From contig NC_058368.1 of NCBI RefSeq assembly GCF_018350175.1, forward strand, positions 223,202,001-223,266,000: a stretch of 64,000 bases of DNA, in the 5' to 3' direction. This stretch comes from Felis catus. Lineage: Eukaryota. This document shows positions 25,225-37,839 of this stretch, in pieces. The notes under the pieces were generated by a model. That model saw only the letters and a program-made list of their open reading frames with translations. It did no database searches and was not told the DNA's origin. How positions within the stretch are numbered: the stretch's first letter is position 1; every line of letters starts with the position of its first letter. Position numbers and translations under genes: made by a program.

Positions 25225-25432
25225 GGGGGCACCTGGGTGGCTCAGTCAGTTAAGTGTCTGACTTCAGCCCAGGTTATGAAGTTCCCGTGCTTCCTGGGTT
25301 CAAGCCCCACGTCAGGCTCTGTGCTGACGGCTCAGAACCTGGAGCCTGCTTTGGATTCTGTGTCTCCTTCTCCCTCTGCCCCTCCCCTGTTTGCACTCTG
25401 TCTCTCTGTCTCCCAAAAATAAATATTAAAAA
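25225..25432 (+). mobile_element. CAN-SINE inserted in a MIR remnant (~25085-25520)
   Basis: Full SINEC; TSD AAGA(A/C)TCAAAA; flanks join as MIR core (...CTATAAAGGG / ACCTCATAGAATTTTGTGAGGATGAA). Confidence 0.92.
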
Positions 25433-25529
25433 AAAGACTCAAAACTACCTCATAGAATTTTGTGAGGATGAACTGGGTTATTACATGTAAACAATTTTGC
25501 ATGCCACCTAGAACACATTTGGGGAGGCT

Positions 25530-26040
25530 GTTCTGTATGACTGTCTCGTGTGTCTACACGTCTTCTGAGCAAGAGGCATTGACATGCCCGTCTAAACCAT
25601 AGGTCAGAGATAGGATAGATAGAGATACATTGAACCATGGATCATAGAGATTGAAATTCCCCTTCCTGAAACAGGGAACATTTACTTATTTTTGTTTAGC
25701 ACTTAATAAAGATAATCTCTCCACCCTGTGGAAAGATCCAGCATGTCTGCTAGGAGCGAGCTTTAAAACAAAGGGTTTTCTAAGTTTGGGATTACTCAGT
25801 ATATGTATGGCTGTCCAGCGTACCCACAAGCTATTTCACATGGTCCCCATCACACTTGTGGGGCAAGGGTTACTAATGGGAACATGAAACTCATGCTGCC
25901 TGATGTATCCTGAGTAGTGATGTCTTTTGTCTCTGAATTAGGAACCCTATGTTTTATGCTACCATTTATAAAAACCTCATGAGCAGGCGAACTTGGCTTA
26001 CAAGAAGGGTAAGATCTTAAATACTTCACAGTTACTTGAT
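25530..26040 (+). mobile_element. Ancient ERV LTR remnant (subfamily uncertain)
   Basis: LTR-like 3' end ...GGGTAAGATCTTAAATACTTCACAGTTACTTGA and CTTTTGTCTCTGA motif recalled from eutherian MER-type LTRs. Confidence 0.45.
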
Positions 26041-26101
26041 TACATAATTCACAATAAATATTTGCTGCTGTTAGTATTATTTACTTAAAGAAGTCATTGT
26101 A

Positions 26102-26320
26102 GGGACTCCTGGGTGGCTCAGTTGGTTGAGCGTCTGACTTCAGCTCTGGTCATGATCTCATGGTTTGTGGGTTTGAGCCCCGGGTCAGGCTCTGTGCTGA
26201 CAGCTCAGAGCCTGGAGCCTGCTTCAGATTCTGTTTCCTTCTCTCTCTGCCCCTCCCCTGCCCACGGTCTGTCTCTCTCAAAAATAAATAAACATTAAAA
26301 AATTAAAAAAAAAAAAAAAG
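26102..26320 (+). mobile_element. CAN-SINE (SINEC_Fc-type)
   Basis: Perfect 14-bp TSD AAGAAGTCATTGTA; long A-tail. Confidence 0.96.
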
Positions 26321-26454
26321 AAGAAGTCATTGTAAAAATCCCAACACTGTCACAACCAATAGAAAGCAAATTGGCAAAAATAACTCTATAGCAATCCATT
26401 TTATATTTGTTTTCTTTATTTTTTTTTTTATGAATGAGACAGGGCTTAGGTTAA

Positions 26455-26662
26455 AATACTTTTTAATGTTTATTTATTTTTTGAGAGACATAGAGCACAA
26501 GTTGGGGAGGGGCAGAGAGAGAAGGAGACACAGAATCCGAAGCAGGCTCCAGGCTCCGAGCTGTCAGCACAGAGCCTGATGCGGGGCTCAAACCCACAAA
26601 CCGTGAGATCATGACCTGAGCCGAAGTCGGGCACTTAACCAACTGAGCCACCCAGGCTCCCC
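26455..26662 (-). mobile_element. CAN-SINE (SINEC_Fc-type)
   Basis: Flanking direct repeat AGGGCTTAGGTTAA. Confidence 0.95.
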
Positions 26663-27103
26663 TACATAGGGCTTAGGTTAATCAGACAATGGTCTAGCTA
26701 TTTGGATCCTTCATCTAAATATGGATTTATTTACATAGATGATTTCTATGTTGAAAATGAAGTTATGTGTGTTTAAAAGAATTAATTAATATGGTGGCTA
26801 GCCACTACCTTCTAAACTCCCTAGGTATAATTTATTCAAAAGAAAATGGAAAAAAATGGTTTATAAACTTTTGGAAATTGGATCACTGATTTTCATGTTA
26901 GTAGCAAAATGAAACTTCTTGCCATATCAAATCTTTTTTAGATTCTACATAGAAAATATGCCAAAGCGATATAATTATATATGAGAGTCCATTTTATTAC
27001 TAGAATTTGCTTAGAGCCATTCAAGCCATTGAATTAGAAAAGCAAGGCTGTTTTGATTGATAGAAAAGTTGAAAACTAGGGCTTATAATAAGAAATGTTA
27101 ATC

Positions 27104-27315
27104 TTTTAAAATTTTGTTTTAATCTTTATTTTTGAGAGAGAGACAGAGTGTGAGCAGGGGAGAAGCAGAGAGAGAGGGAGACACAGAATCCGAAGCAGGC
27201 TCCAGGCCCTGAGCTGTCAGCACAGAGCCTGACGCAGGACTCAAACTCACGAACTGTGAGATCATGACCTGAGCCAAAGTCGGACGCTCAACCAACTGAA
27301 CCACCCAGGCACCCC
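27104..27315 (-). mobile_element. CAN-SINE (SINEC_Fc-type)
   Basis: Perfect 13-bp TSD AGAAATGTTAATC. Confidence 0.96.
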
Positions 27316-28849
27316 AGAAATGTTAATCCTATATTAACTTCAGTCTCCAAAGTATCATTTTGCCTTGTTTTATTTTTAAGAAATTGAAAAGAAAAATACT
27401 TTGAGTACCGAAATATAAGTAATAACCTGTAATAAGTGTTTAAAGACCACACTTAGCAAACTCGGGACATTCTTCAATTAAATAGGAATAGTTTAAGCAA
27501 CTTTATCCTGAGGTCTCTACGGTACTTAACTGGATAATAGAGTGAATTAATGATTGCCCTTGAATTACTTGGTATAAAACATGGTTGCTATTTTATTTTT
27601 CCTATGGTTTTAAAAGTAGTTAAGATATCTTCTAAATGAAATGAAGGGCAAAACTTACTGATTCTCCAAAGCCCCAAGTGTCAGCAGAATATATTTGAAA
27701 ATCTACTGTGCCACTTCAAGTGTGCGGGAAGTATTCGAGTTATGTTCCCTTTTGGGGGTGCTGGAGCTGCATACTTTCAGATTCTGCCTGGGTTCCCAGT
27801 TCTCTTGGGTCATAACTCTACTCTTAGGCTCACTCAGCTGCCTCATCGACACTGCTTCTTTGCTTCCTGTATGTAGCTAATTTTAAACTTGTGTTAGAGG
27901 ATTCCTAATGTCTTATCAAAATTTAAAATGCTGTAATGGGGTAAAAGGAAAAGAAAATAGAAAACCATATAAAAAGATACTAAAAAAACAACAACACTAG
28001 GGAGTAGAGCTGAGTAGAGGGAGGAGGGGCAGAATATATCCTGGGGAGTTGATTTAGGGAAAAATATCCAGTATCAGAAGAGCATACCACTGGAAGCATC
28101 TCCCCCCCCCCCCCAATTGTTTCTCTCATCAACTAAACATAACTTATGTTTTGCCTGTTAATAAGTGTTTGTTACGAATTCATGATTGATGACCATTATA
28201 TTTATAGCTCTGCTCATTGTATTAAAGTTACATTCCGTTGGATCAAAAGTTAACCAACTAAACCAACTAAATGGCGCTATCCCCACGGAAATAATCATGT
28301 TATAGTTTTGCCGTAGAACACAGTCTTCTTGCTTGTTCAGCCCATAACACAAGTCCCGTAACTGCTGCGTCTCCCTGGGGGGTTGGTATGGCACTTCATC
28401 TGCAGCCACTTTCCCACAAGAGGTGAACAACCGCTCCAGGCAGTTGTCAGGATTTCTGCAGTCTAAATCTGAATCTTTCACAAGTTATCCTTTTGAGAAG
28501 AGTATAGTATGATATAATAGGAAATCCTTAAAGCATGGTCTCAGATATTTAGAGCTTTGACCATGACATTCAGGGCTTTAAAAATAACTGCTTTGTCCCT
28601 TTATATATTATCCAGTTAGTTATTTGGCCTGAGTTGGAGATATTGTGATAAGAAGCATGGGGAGGACAGACTCTCCAGCTTTCCCATGACTAGTGTTTGA
28701 GGATGTGCTCTTTTATTTTCATTAGAGTCCAGTCTAGAATCATAGATGCTGCATTTTTCTGCTATATGTGGGAAGTTGGAGGTGTAGTGACAAAAAGAAA
28801 GCAAATTCAACCATACACAAGTGACAACGATACTTAAGAGAGATAATCT

Positions 28850-29380
28850 CTTCCAGATCTATTGATGTATAACAAACAATCCATATTTATTGGTATAAGG
28901 CAACAACCTTTATTATGTTCACAGTTTCTCTGGATGAGGAATCAGACAGGAGGACCCAGAGGGTATGGCTTGTCTCTGCTTCATGTTTCTGGAGCTGCAT
29001 AAGGGAAGATATGAAACGCTTGAGGTTTCCTAACTGGTTACTAAAATTATCTGAAGACTCCTATATCTGAGTTGAGGTTCATACATCTAGAAGGCTGCAC
29101 TAGCCGGACCCCTGTCAGTACATGCCATACGTCCCCTCTCCATGTGACTTGGGCTTTGTTACAAGAAGACGGTTCATGGATTTACATGGTGGCTCAAGTC
29201 TCAATGAGCAGAAAGTTGCATAGCCTTGCGAGACCTAGTTTTCCAAGTCACGGTATTGCTTCTGTGTACGCTGTTGCTCAAAACCAACACAAATCTGCCC
29301 AGGTCCAAGTGGACAATACAGAGAATCCACTTAACCTTATGGCACGACTGATACAGAATTCATGTGAAAGCTGTTACCAA
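28850..29380 (-). mobile_element. MLT1 (ERVL-MaLR) LTR remnant
   Basis: CTATTGATGTATAACAAAC...TTTATTATGTTCACAGTTTCTCTGGATGAGGAATC, CCCCTCTCCATGTGACTTGGGCTT. Confidence 0.7.
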
Positions 29381-30369
29381 ATCTAACTTTAAGATAAAAA
29401 GGGTTATCTTACTAACGACTTAAAAATATAGCAATCTATATAATATATAGCAATCTCTAGCTAATTTGGAGGTAAGTCAATATTTTCCTTTTGTCTGTAA
29501 ATACCTCACAATGAAGGAACATCTTAAGCATTTTAATGATACCAAGAGGACATATAATGCTTTTTTGGCTCAGATTTTTGATTCCTTAATAATTGCTCAT
29601 GTATTCTTCATGGGAATAATAGTAAAATAAATGTTTCAAAAGCTAGTAAAATTAAAGACAGAGAGTATATACAAATTTCCAAGGATGAAAGAACAATTTC
29701 CAGGTAGAGAAATAGGACTCAAACCCACCGAAGTATTTGGCATCTCAGTGATTTTACATTTCTTTTCTGTTACAAGTTGACCAGGATCTTGTTAATAACA
29801 GAGAGGACTTTTAGGAGGCTTTTTAAATCAAAACCATATATCTGACAGGCTCAAATATATAATATTAAGCTGCATGATAGCATTTGATGCTTACCTGACA
29901 GGCTTTATCTACTATAATATCCACAGAATTTTTAACTAAAAAAAAGTTTGTTTCCCTATTTAGCATTTGTGAACATTTTGATCATTTTTTAAAAGCACCA
30001 TTTTGTAGCAATTTCAAGCTCATTTAGCCATATCACAACCTGATGGAGAAGTGTTAATACTGTTCCAGTTCACCGAGCAAAAGCAGAATATATATGAAAC
30101 ATGAAGGGAACAAGAAATCATTTCGTTTATATTCCTCTATTAAACTATTTCATCAGAAGTTCATCTTAAAGGGGTGGGAATAGTTACTCGCAATGAAAAC
30201 TACTCTCCTTGCAAACTGAGATTAGTTGAGACGATTCACTGAGAGAGGAAAAGTTTACCTGTGAAACTGTTCATTCAGTAATACTTCCCATCTTCCAATT
30301 CTGATGTTAGTATTGTTCTTCTTCCTTAGCATACGCCAGAGAGAAATGTGAGGGACCTTTACTCAAGCC

Positions 30370-30515
30370 AGTGGTTTTCAAACACCTTGGTCTCTGGACC
30401 TTTTTTTTTTTTTTTTTTTTTAATAGTTCTATTAAACATTCTCGAAGGCTCTAAACAGCCTTACCTTGTATGGGCTTTATTTGTTGATGTTTACCATATC
30501 AAAAAATAAAACAAA
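30370..30515 (+). mobile_element. hAT-Charlie DNA transposon end
   Basis: Charlie-type TIR CAGTGGTTTTCAAAC followed by TTGGTCTCTGGACC...TTTACCATAT; interrupted by poly-T. Confidence 0.55.
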
Positions 30516-30529
30516 TTTTTTATGAGAAT

Positions 30530-31130
30530 TTCTCTCCTCATACTTTATTACCAGCATTGTTTTTATTTTTTTTTCTTTACCATTATAAGTGAAAAACATC
30601 ATGTGGATTTCATTGTATTATGACCGAGGTTGCATGTCTTTTCGTAAGAGTTTGCATTTCTTTTGTGGTGAAATATTTATATTCTTTGCACAACTGTATA
30701 TTGAGTTTTGCATTTTTCCTTTCAGGAATTTTATGTTTCAAGGTAATTTGTCACTGAGATGAGTTGCAAGGATTCTATAGTTTGTCTTTGATTTAGACTT
30801 TATGTTGTTGTTATTTATGTGTATTTTTTAATTTACAAAATTGGCTTGCCACTATTTTCATTTGTGTTTTCTAGTTTTTAATTGCAATGTTCTTTCTGAC
30901 TTAAAATCATGAAAGACCCTCCTGTTTTGTTGTTTTTTTTTCAAGGGCATTGTGTATATCTAAAGTTTGTGCTTTCCAAAATTTACTTTTGTATCATGTT
31001 TGAGGTAGTAATCTCATTACATTTTTTTCTAGATGACCAAAAATTGTCACAAAACAATTTTTGAATGCTTTAGCTTTTTCTTGTCGCTTTGTAATGGTAC
31101 TTTTACCTTACACTAAATCCCCTCGTGTGT
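30530..31130 (-). mobile_element. Ancient L1 (L1ME-like) fragment
   Basis: T-rich antisense ORF2 C-terminal-like phrases (TTTGCATTTCTTTTGTGGTGAA, TTTTGTATCATGTTTGAGGTAG). Confidence 0.55.
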
Positions 31131-34089
31131 GTATAGGTGTGTGCATGAGCTCACTTTGTTCTCTGCCTCTTAATTTCACAGGTGAGAAAACTAACATTAT
31201 ATGTTTTATCTAATATGTATTATTTGGTAAAGAGCAGTTAATGTGAATACACTTTGGGTGGATGGTGATTTTAGAGAAGATGGTGGTAGTGACAGAAACA
31301 ATGTTAACTGTGCATCTGGGACCCAAATTCCTGCCTCTTAACATCCTTTCTACAAGTCATACTTGTTCACCAATGTACCTAACCAGTCGTCCTTTCTTTC
31401 TCTTAGTGCTTCTTCAAGATAACTCACATAATTAGTTTGCTTGCAAATGCTTTACATCTGAATTATCTAATGAAAATCAAAGGTGAATTTGAATTTTCTA
31501 TAGGATATCATGATTTATACCTCAGAAGTTTCAAACGTAATAAGATATTAAGTAGTGAGTTCTATTATGCCATACGTTATAGTATAGAAAACAGTATTTT
31601 CTAATGCTGTCTGTGCAATTATTTCAAAATGGGTTTTGAGAGGTAAAATATACCTATGAAGTGATCTACAAATGCAGAATCTGCCATTTACTAGGCTTCA
31701 TTGTTCATTTATACTATAGAAATCACTATTTTCTGTGTAACTGAAAAGGGAAGAGAGGTAACATGGATAGAGACACTTTAATATGTTTGGTGTTTTTAGA
31801 GGTTTATTTCTTCATTCGCCATTTGTTTCCATTTGTCCATAGGAAAACATAACCCAGAAAGCACATTGCAAGTCTATACTCTGTACAGTTGTCTCCTTTC
31901 TTTATATTCTTACCACCATTTTTGGGCTCATTTTGGATCAGCACTCCCATCACGTATTCAAAGTAGAAAGGAGAATCCCCTCTTACATCAAACCATTTGA
32001 CATCTGTAAAAATTTAAATAGAATAACAGGTCCGCCACGATAGACCAAAAACTTTATTTACATGGTGCTTTTGAGATCTCTTTCTACTTTCTCAAGAAAT
32101 GGTCTAATTTTGATTAGGCAATTGTAAAATAAATAAATAAATAAATGTCTCGCCTCATTTATTTAATTATATAATTTTTAAATTAGATATTTACTATATT
32201 TTTTGTAGTGGTTTTGTTTTGTGCTTTGTTTTGTTTTTCAGGACATAGAAAGCACAGCTATTAATGCACTCCTGAACATACAAATGCAACCTCTCCATTC
32301 ATCTGTGTCTCTGAGTCTTGATACATTGGGGCAAGACCCAAAGCACACATCATGATGGATTATGTTTACTAATGCACAGATAAATTATTGTGCCCTATGT
32401 TGCCTGAATTTCCCCCAAGATTCTGTGTAAGATAACAGAGATTTAAAACCTTGTTTCTCCTATAGGAAATAATGAACTGTGATAACATAGTGTAATAAAA
32501 TCTAATCAGCAAACGCTAAGTCATTGTTTAAAGATAAACGTGGATTCAGCTATCTGAGAGTGTATCGACTTTCAATAGTTGAATTGCCATATTAAAAGTT
32601 ACTCATTTTCTGAAGTTGTTCCATTTAAACATCAGAAATCAAGAGTGACACTGACATATATTGGCTGTATATTTGCATCCTTGTACACATGAAAGTTTTC
32701 CTCAGTTTATAAAATTCTCTGCATTTGATGGATGCTGCTAGAATGTTAAGACAAACATCATTTTAGAGACATATAATTCTACTTTCCTATAGAATTATGA
32801 GCTCCTGAAGACAGGATTTCTCTTTCTTCCATATCTCACTTCTTTCCTTCAGCTGCCCAAGAATTACTAGCTATTAGTACTTGCCCACTGTAGAGGCTTA
32901 ATTCAATGTTATTTTGAGTTATATCAAGGCACTAAATATTAAAAATGGAATTTGGGGCCACATTATATAATGCTTTATGGTTTAGCATGTGTTTTTAGAC
33001 TATCAACTTGTATACTTTTTTAGGCATTGAGGAAATGTGACCATAAATAATGTAGTGTGTTCTTCCTTTAAAGACCTTGCAATAAGTTCTTGCCTGAATA
33101 TGGTGTCTATTAATGCACATCTGCATCCATTAACTCTTGTTGACCCAAGAGAGATAAACTGAATGAATATCACTTGCTGCCTTTATGTAGAAGTTGCACC
33201 TCAGAGAGCTGAAACAACATTTTCCAAGTCTTGGGCCCATTAAGTGGGGACTCAAGAATGTGAAAGCAACCTTTTAAAATCTCACCCTAAAGTCGTTTCT
33301 ATTCTTCTAGACTGTTTCAGTTTGGATGCTGAGCTCTCCAGTTGCTTAAAGTAGTTTAAATCTTCAGGATCATGATTCTAGAAGAAGATGCAAATATGAT
33401 TTTTAAGTCCTCAAAGCCAGGAAAAAAAAAAGGGGGGAGGGAGGGAAGGAGAGGGAGAGAGAGGGGGAGGGAAGGGAGAGGAGTACAGGCAAATGGGAGG
33501 AAAAAAGCCCAGAATATATGACACAAAAGAGTGATCATTAAAGTTTAGAGAAAAGTGGATTCCAAACACTGTAGATAAAGTTTTTTTAATCCAAAATTTG
33601 TGAACTCTTAAAAGGAAATAATTTTTAGAAATCACCACGAATCAGTTGTATCAAACTGGAAAAAAAATGTTATCATGGAACTAATAAAATGAACTTGAAA
33701 TGTAGACATGATGTATGTTTATTTCAGTAAAGAAGTTGACAGATTTTCTCCAAATAATCTGGGGACATTCTAAGAAAGAACGGATTGCACTAATCATTAA
33801 TTTATACTACTTTAATAGAATTTTTGTAGAAGACTGCTTATAGGAACAGTGCCATTTTGATTAACATGTGCATGTTGCACAGCTCTATACTTGGCATTGG
33901 CTGTGAAAAACAGAATTCTTAGCAGAGAATTCTGTTGAAACCATGTATATAAAATATCCAAGTTAACAAAAGTTGCTAGGTTTATCTTATATTTTGGATG
34001 ACAAGATAAAAAAATTTAAATGCCCTTCACAGACTGGAATGATTGCAGTAAGTTAACAAAAATAAAATTGCATAAGAATAAATGTGAAA

Positions 34090-34770
34090 TCCTGATTTAA
34101 AAAATATTGGGTGTCTTCTAAGTTTCAGGCACTATTACAAGGACTTGGACTACATCAGTGACATATAGTGACAGCTATCCTTGCATTAAAGAGTCATGGA
34201 TCTTATAGTCTACTTGGGACACACAATAAATAATAGGTATAGCATATAGTATTTTCAAGGTGATAGGTATGTACATAGGGAAAATTTAATAAAGAACAAG
34301 GGGATGGGAATTGGCCTAAGAGAGACTATGGAGCTGTGGGATGCAGTATTAAGTACCTGGGTCAAGAGGTGTCTCATGAAAAGGTAAGAATTGAGCAAGA
34401 ACTAGGATGAGAGGAAGGAATAACCTATGCAGATATCCGAAGGGAATATTTTCCAGCAGAGGGATAGCTAGAGCTAGGCTAAGGGAAGGGATGCAAGTCT
34501 GGTACATTTCAGCACGTGGAAGGAGGCATGTATGATGGGTGTGGAGTACATGAGAGGGATCATAGAAAGACAGGAGGTCAGCTCCCGGAGCGCCCTGTAG
34601 ATCTGCATAAAGGACTTTTGGCTTTTGATGGCTTTCCACTGAGGAATGATATAATCTGACTGATGGTTAGAAAGGCCCCTGTTACTGCTGTGTTAAGATT
34701 AGATAGCAGAAGGGGACACAACAGAAGCAAGAAAATTCCTTAGGAAGCCACTGTGGGGTGTGAATGAGAG
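34090..34770 (-). mobile_element. L2 LINE remnant
   Basis: CAGGCACTATT..., GCAGATATCCGAAGGGAATATTTTCCAGCAGAGGGA, AAGGACTTTTGGCTTTT, GGAATGATATAATCTGACT. Confidence 0.75.
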
Positions 34771-37700
34771 ATCAGAGGTGAGGCTCCCTCCAATAATTTT
34801 GGCCTGAAGCATTTAACGTGAATGCATCCACAGTCATTCAGAAGTTTAAAATAAGGAAGTGAGTAATTTGTGGAGTAAAATCAAGCAGTGGTATGACTTG
34901 TAAGTTTCATGAAAGTCGAAAACAAAAGTTCTGTTAATGGATGTAAGAGAGGATAGATTATTTATGGAATCCTACCTACAATCTGGACATTGGACCAAGC
35001 ACTTAATAAATAGTAAATATCTCCTCTGAAAAAAATATATCCAATGAAGAAGTTAAGAGAAAATTCTTTAAAGAAAACTGAAAGATATCTGAAAACTGAT
35101 ACATACACACATACACATATACACACATATGTATATATTCATATATATGTAAATATAAATATTAAATGGTTCATGTAGTAGTCAGGCTGTCTTAATACAG
35201 TTGAAATGTTAATATTTCAGTTTCTTTAAAAAAGTAATATATTTTCTCAAGTGAAGAATTGTACAAAAAGCAGATATGAGACATATATGAATATTGCAGT
35301 CCCAAGAGGAAGGTCCCAGGCTGCTTTGGGAAACAGTGAAAATTTGAAGTGACCATCAAATCTTAAACATCCCTCTCAGGTATGTTATACAGAAGATAAT
35401 TTGAGAATTAGTACTAGTTTTTGAGGTTGCTTCCCTCACTGGTATTCAGTGATTTGCATCTTCTACGACTGTAGGAATTTGGGAAATAATCATGGTCAGT
35501 CTTTCTCAAAGTTTAATTATGTGCAGCCCTCACAGACCGGCCTTGATTCCCCTGCCACCAATGACACCACTTAACATCTGCTGAGGTCAAAGGCTGAGAC
35601 CCTCCACACTCTCATCATGCATTTCACTGCATCATGACGTGTGAGCATTCTCTTCTCCCGTTTTCCCAGGAAACAACCCATGGATTACAAAAAGGCCAAA
35701 CATTTCCAACTCCAGTTGTGAAAATTGGAATCCCCTTTGAAAATTGCAGGATTTACCATTTGAGAGTTCTAAGAACAAAGTTTGGTGAACAAAAAAGGCA
35801 GAAAATGAAGACAATATTTTGGGCAGTTGGAGCTCAGAAAAGGTCAAATTTAATTGATAGAAAAGAGGGCAGCTGAAGCAGGTTGTGGGTGCAGACACGT
35901 GAGAGCGGAGTGGTCTGAGGGCTCACACCTGGTAAGGGGAAGAATTTAAAATGCTAATTAAGGAGGAAGGTCCAGGAAAATGACACCACTGAGAAATGAA
36001 CTGGGGAAGACCATGGAAGATACAGTACTTTTTAAAAGAAAATTAATAAAGGAGACTCTAAAGGGACCAGGAAATCAAAAGCGGCCTCAGGCAAAAATAC
36101 TAATTTTTATTTTTTTCTTAAAAACAAGCAATATGTAATAGTGCAACATCAAAGTTGCCCTTACCACTGATTTTCTAAGAGGGTGTTTACTGCCCTTTCT
36201 AACACAGATGCTTCTTTTCTTATGGGCTTCTGTGACATAGGTCATAGAAGTAATTTTCATTAATCCCTGCAGGTAGGAAAAAAGAAGTAAGAGAGTAGTA
36301 GGTGGGAACCAATTTCAACAGTATGACCATGAAAAAAAGTTGAGTGACCATCTACTTCCATAATATTCATTTTTGACAGAAAATGTGGTTGTTTTTGTGT
36401 ATTTCTTTCCAGATGTATTGATTCTCGTTATTAGGAAACATTGACTTGAAGTTGTGTTTTGTTTCTTGTAGCAAAATGTGATTCTTGAGCCCTGTCCTCA
36501 AATAAGCATAATATTTCAATTGCTTTTATTATTTCTGACATTCTTCTCTATCTCACTAGCTATCCATTTGTATTTTTATCTACTTTTGTCAACAACGAAA
36601 ACACACACACACACATACACACACATGCACAAAGTATTTAGTAGTGTGTGCATATATTTGGATGGATGGATGTACCCAAATATGAAAATATGCAAACATT
36701 GCATTACCTCACCTATTAATGTCATGCTAATTGCATTTTCCTACAAGGAGTGTAGGGGTCACTTACTAAGTGTACAGGCACACACTCCTAACTTTCTTGT
36801 TATCTTTATGTTTTTGCACTGCCATTCACTCATTCTGATTCTCTAATTCTCAGGTTGTGACCATGATAGAAAGTCTAGGAAAAGTCAAGGTCACTGAAGA
36901 TCCAGAACCTTGGGAACTTGTTAACATTGGCCAATAAAAATCTCTTTGTAATTCTTTTCTATTGCAATCAAAGCTCTCCCTCTTGCTTCTCAAGAACATA
37001 ATAACTATTTCAGCAGATACATTTATTTGTATTTTTACTCCTTCTAAAATCAGAAATTTCATAAGAAACTTGGGACAGCCATTATAGTTTCTTTATCTTT
37101 TCACTTAAATTATTCATATTTTAAAATATCCTTGTAATAGTGACTAATATAATGAGAATGTAATTCTTGTACAAAATACAAAAGGATCTTGTGCATACAC
37201 ACAATACATCAATTTCTGCTTTTAAAAAATCAGTACCTCTTTTCTGTCATTTTTCTTGATTCCTTCTTTCTTTCCACTGTGATGGGCAAAAGGGATTGAT
37301 TTTCTTTAAATTACTCATATTCTTCCTGCCACTTTCCTGACCAAATGCTTCAAAGGCTCTTCACTATATCTAAGAAATGTCTGAAATCCTTTGGCTGGCA
37401 TTCAAGCTCTGTGAAAGGCATCAGACCCAGCTAATTCCTCAGGCTCAGGGTCCAATCTTCCCCTTAAAGTATCCTCATGGCCCACTGTCTTCTCACTTCT
37501 GCTCTCATAACACTGAGCACTTTCAGCCTTCCTTCTTGCCTACTGCATTTCACGTGATCCCATTAATTCTACAGACTGAGCTCAGACACATCTCTTGTAT
37601 GAAGTTTTTCATCATTCTTTGGTGCTTCGTTATCTTTCCCGTAGCATCTGCTGTCTGTAAACTCAGAACACAGAAGAAGCATTAGCAAGATAATGCACCT

Positions 37701-37839
37701 CTTCTTTCTTCCCTTACAAATGGCATAATATTTCCAGGGGTGAGGGGGAGAGCTGAAAATAGAGAAACTGTGAGACGATCTCTAAAATTTGTTTCAGTCA
37801 GAAAATACTTTGAGTTTATTCTCTAAGTTTGATGCTATT

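Noticed and set aside
32242..32355. Plus-strand acceptor TTTTGTTTTTCAG followed by a 37-codon frame
   Set aside because: Ends in a stop, with no homology and no clear donor
33909..33936. 11-bp-stem hairpin AACAGAATTCT-N6-AGAATTCTGTT
   Set aside because: Short, AT-rich and without supporting context
35670..35931. Plus-strand exon candidate (strong acceptor TTCTCCCGTTTTCCCAG, donor CTG|GTAAGG)
   Set aside because: The long open frame stops at 35876, the peptide is unrecognised and there are no partner exons; consistent with a pseudo-exon
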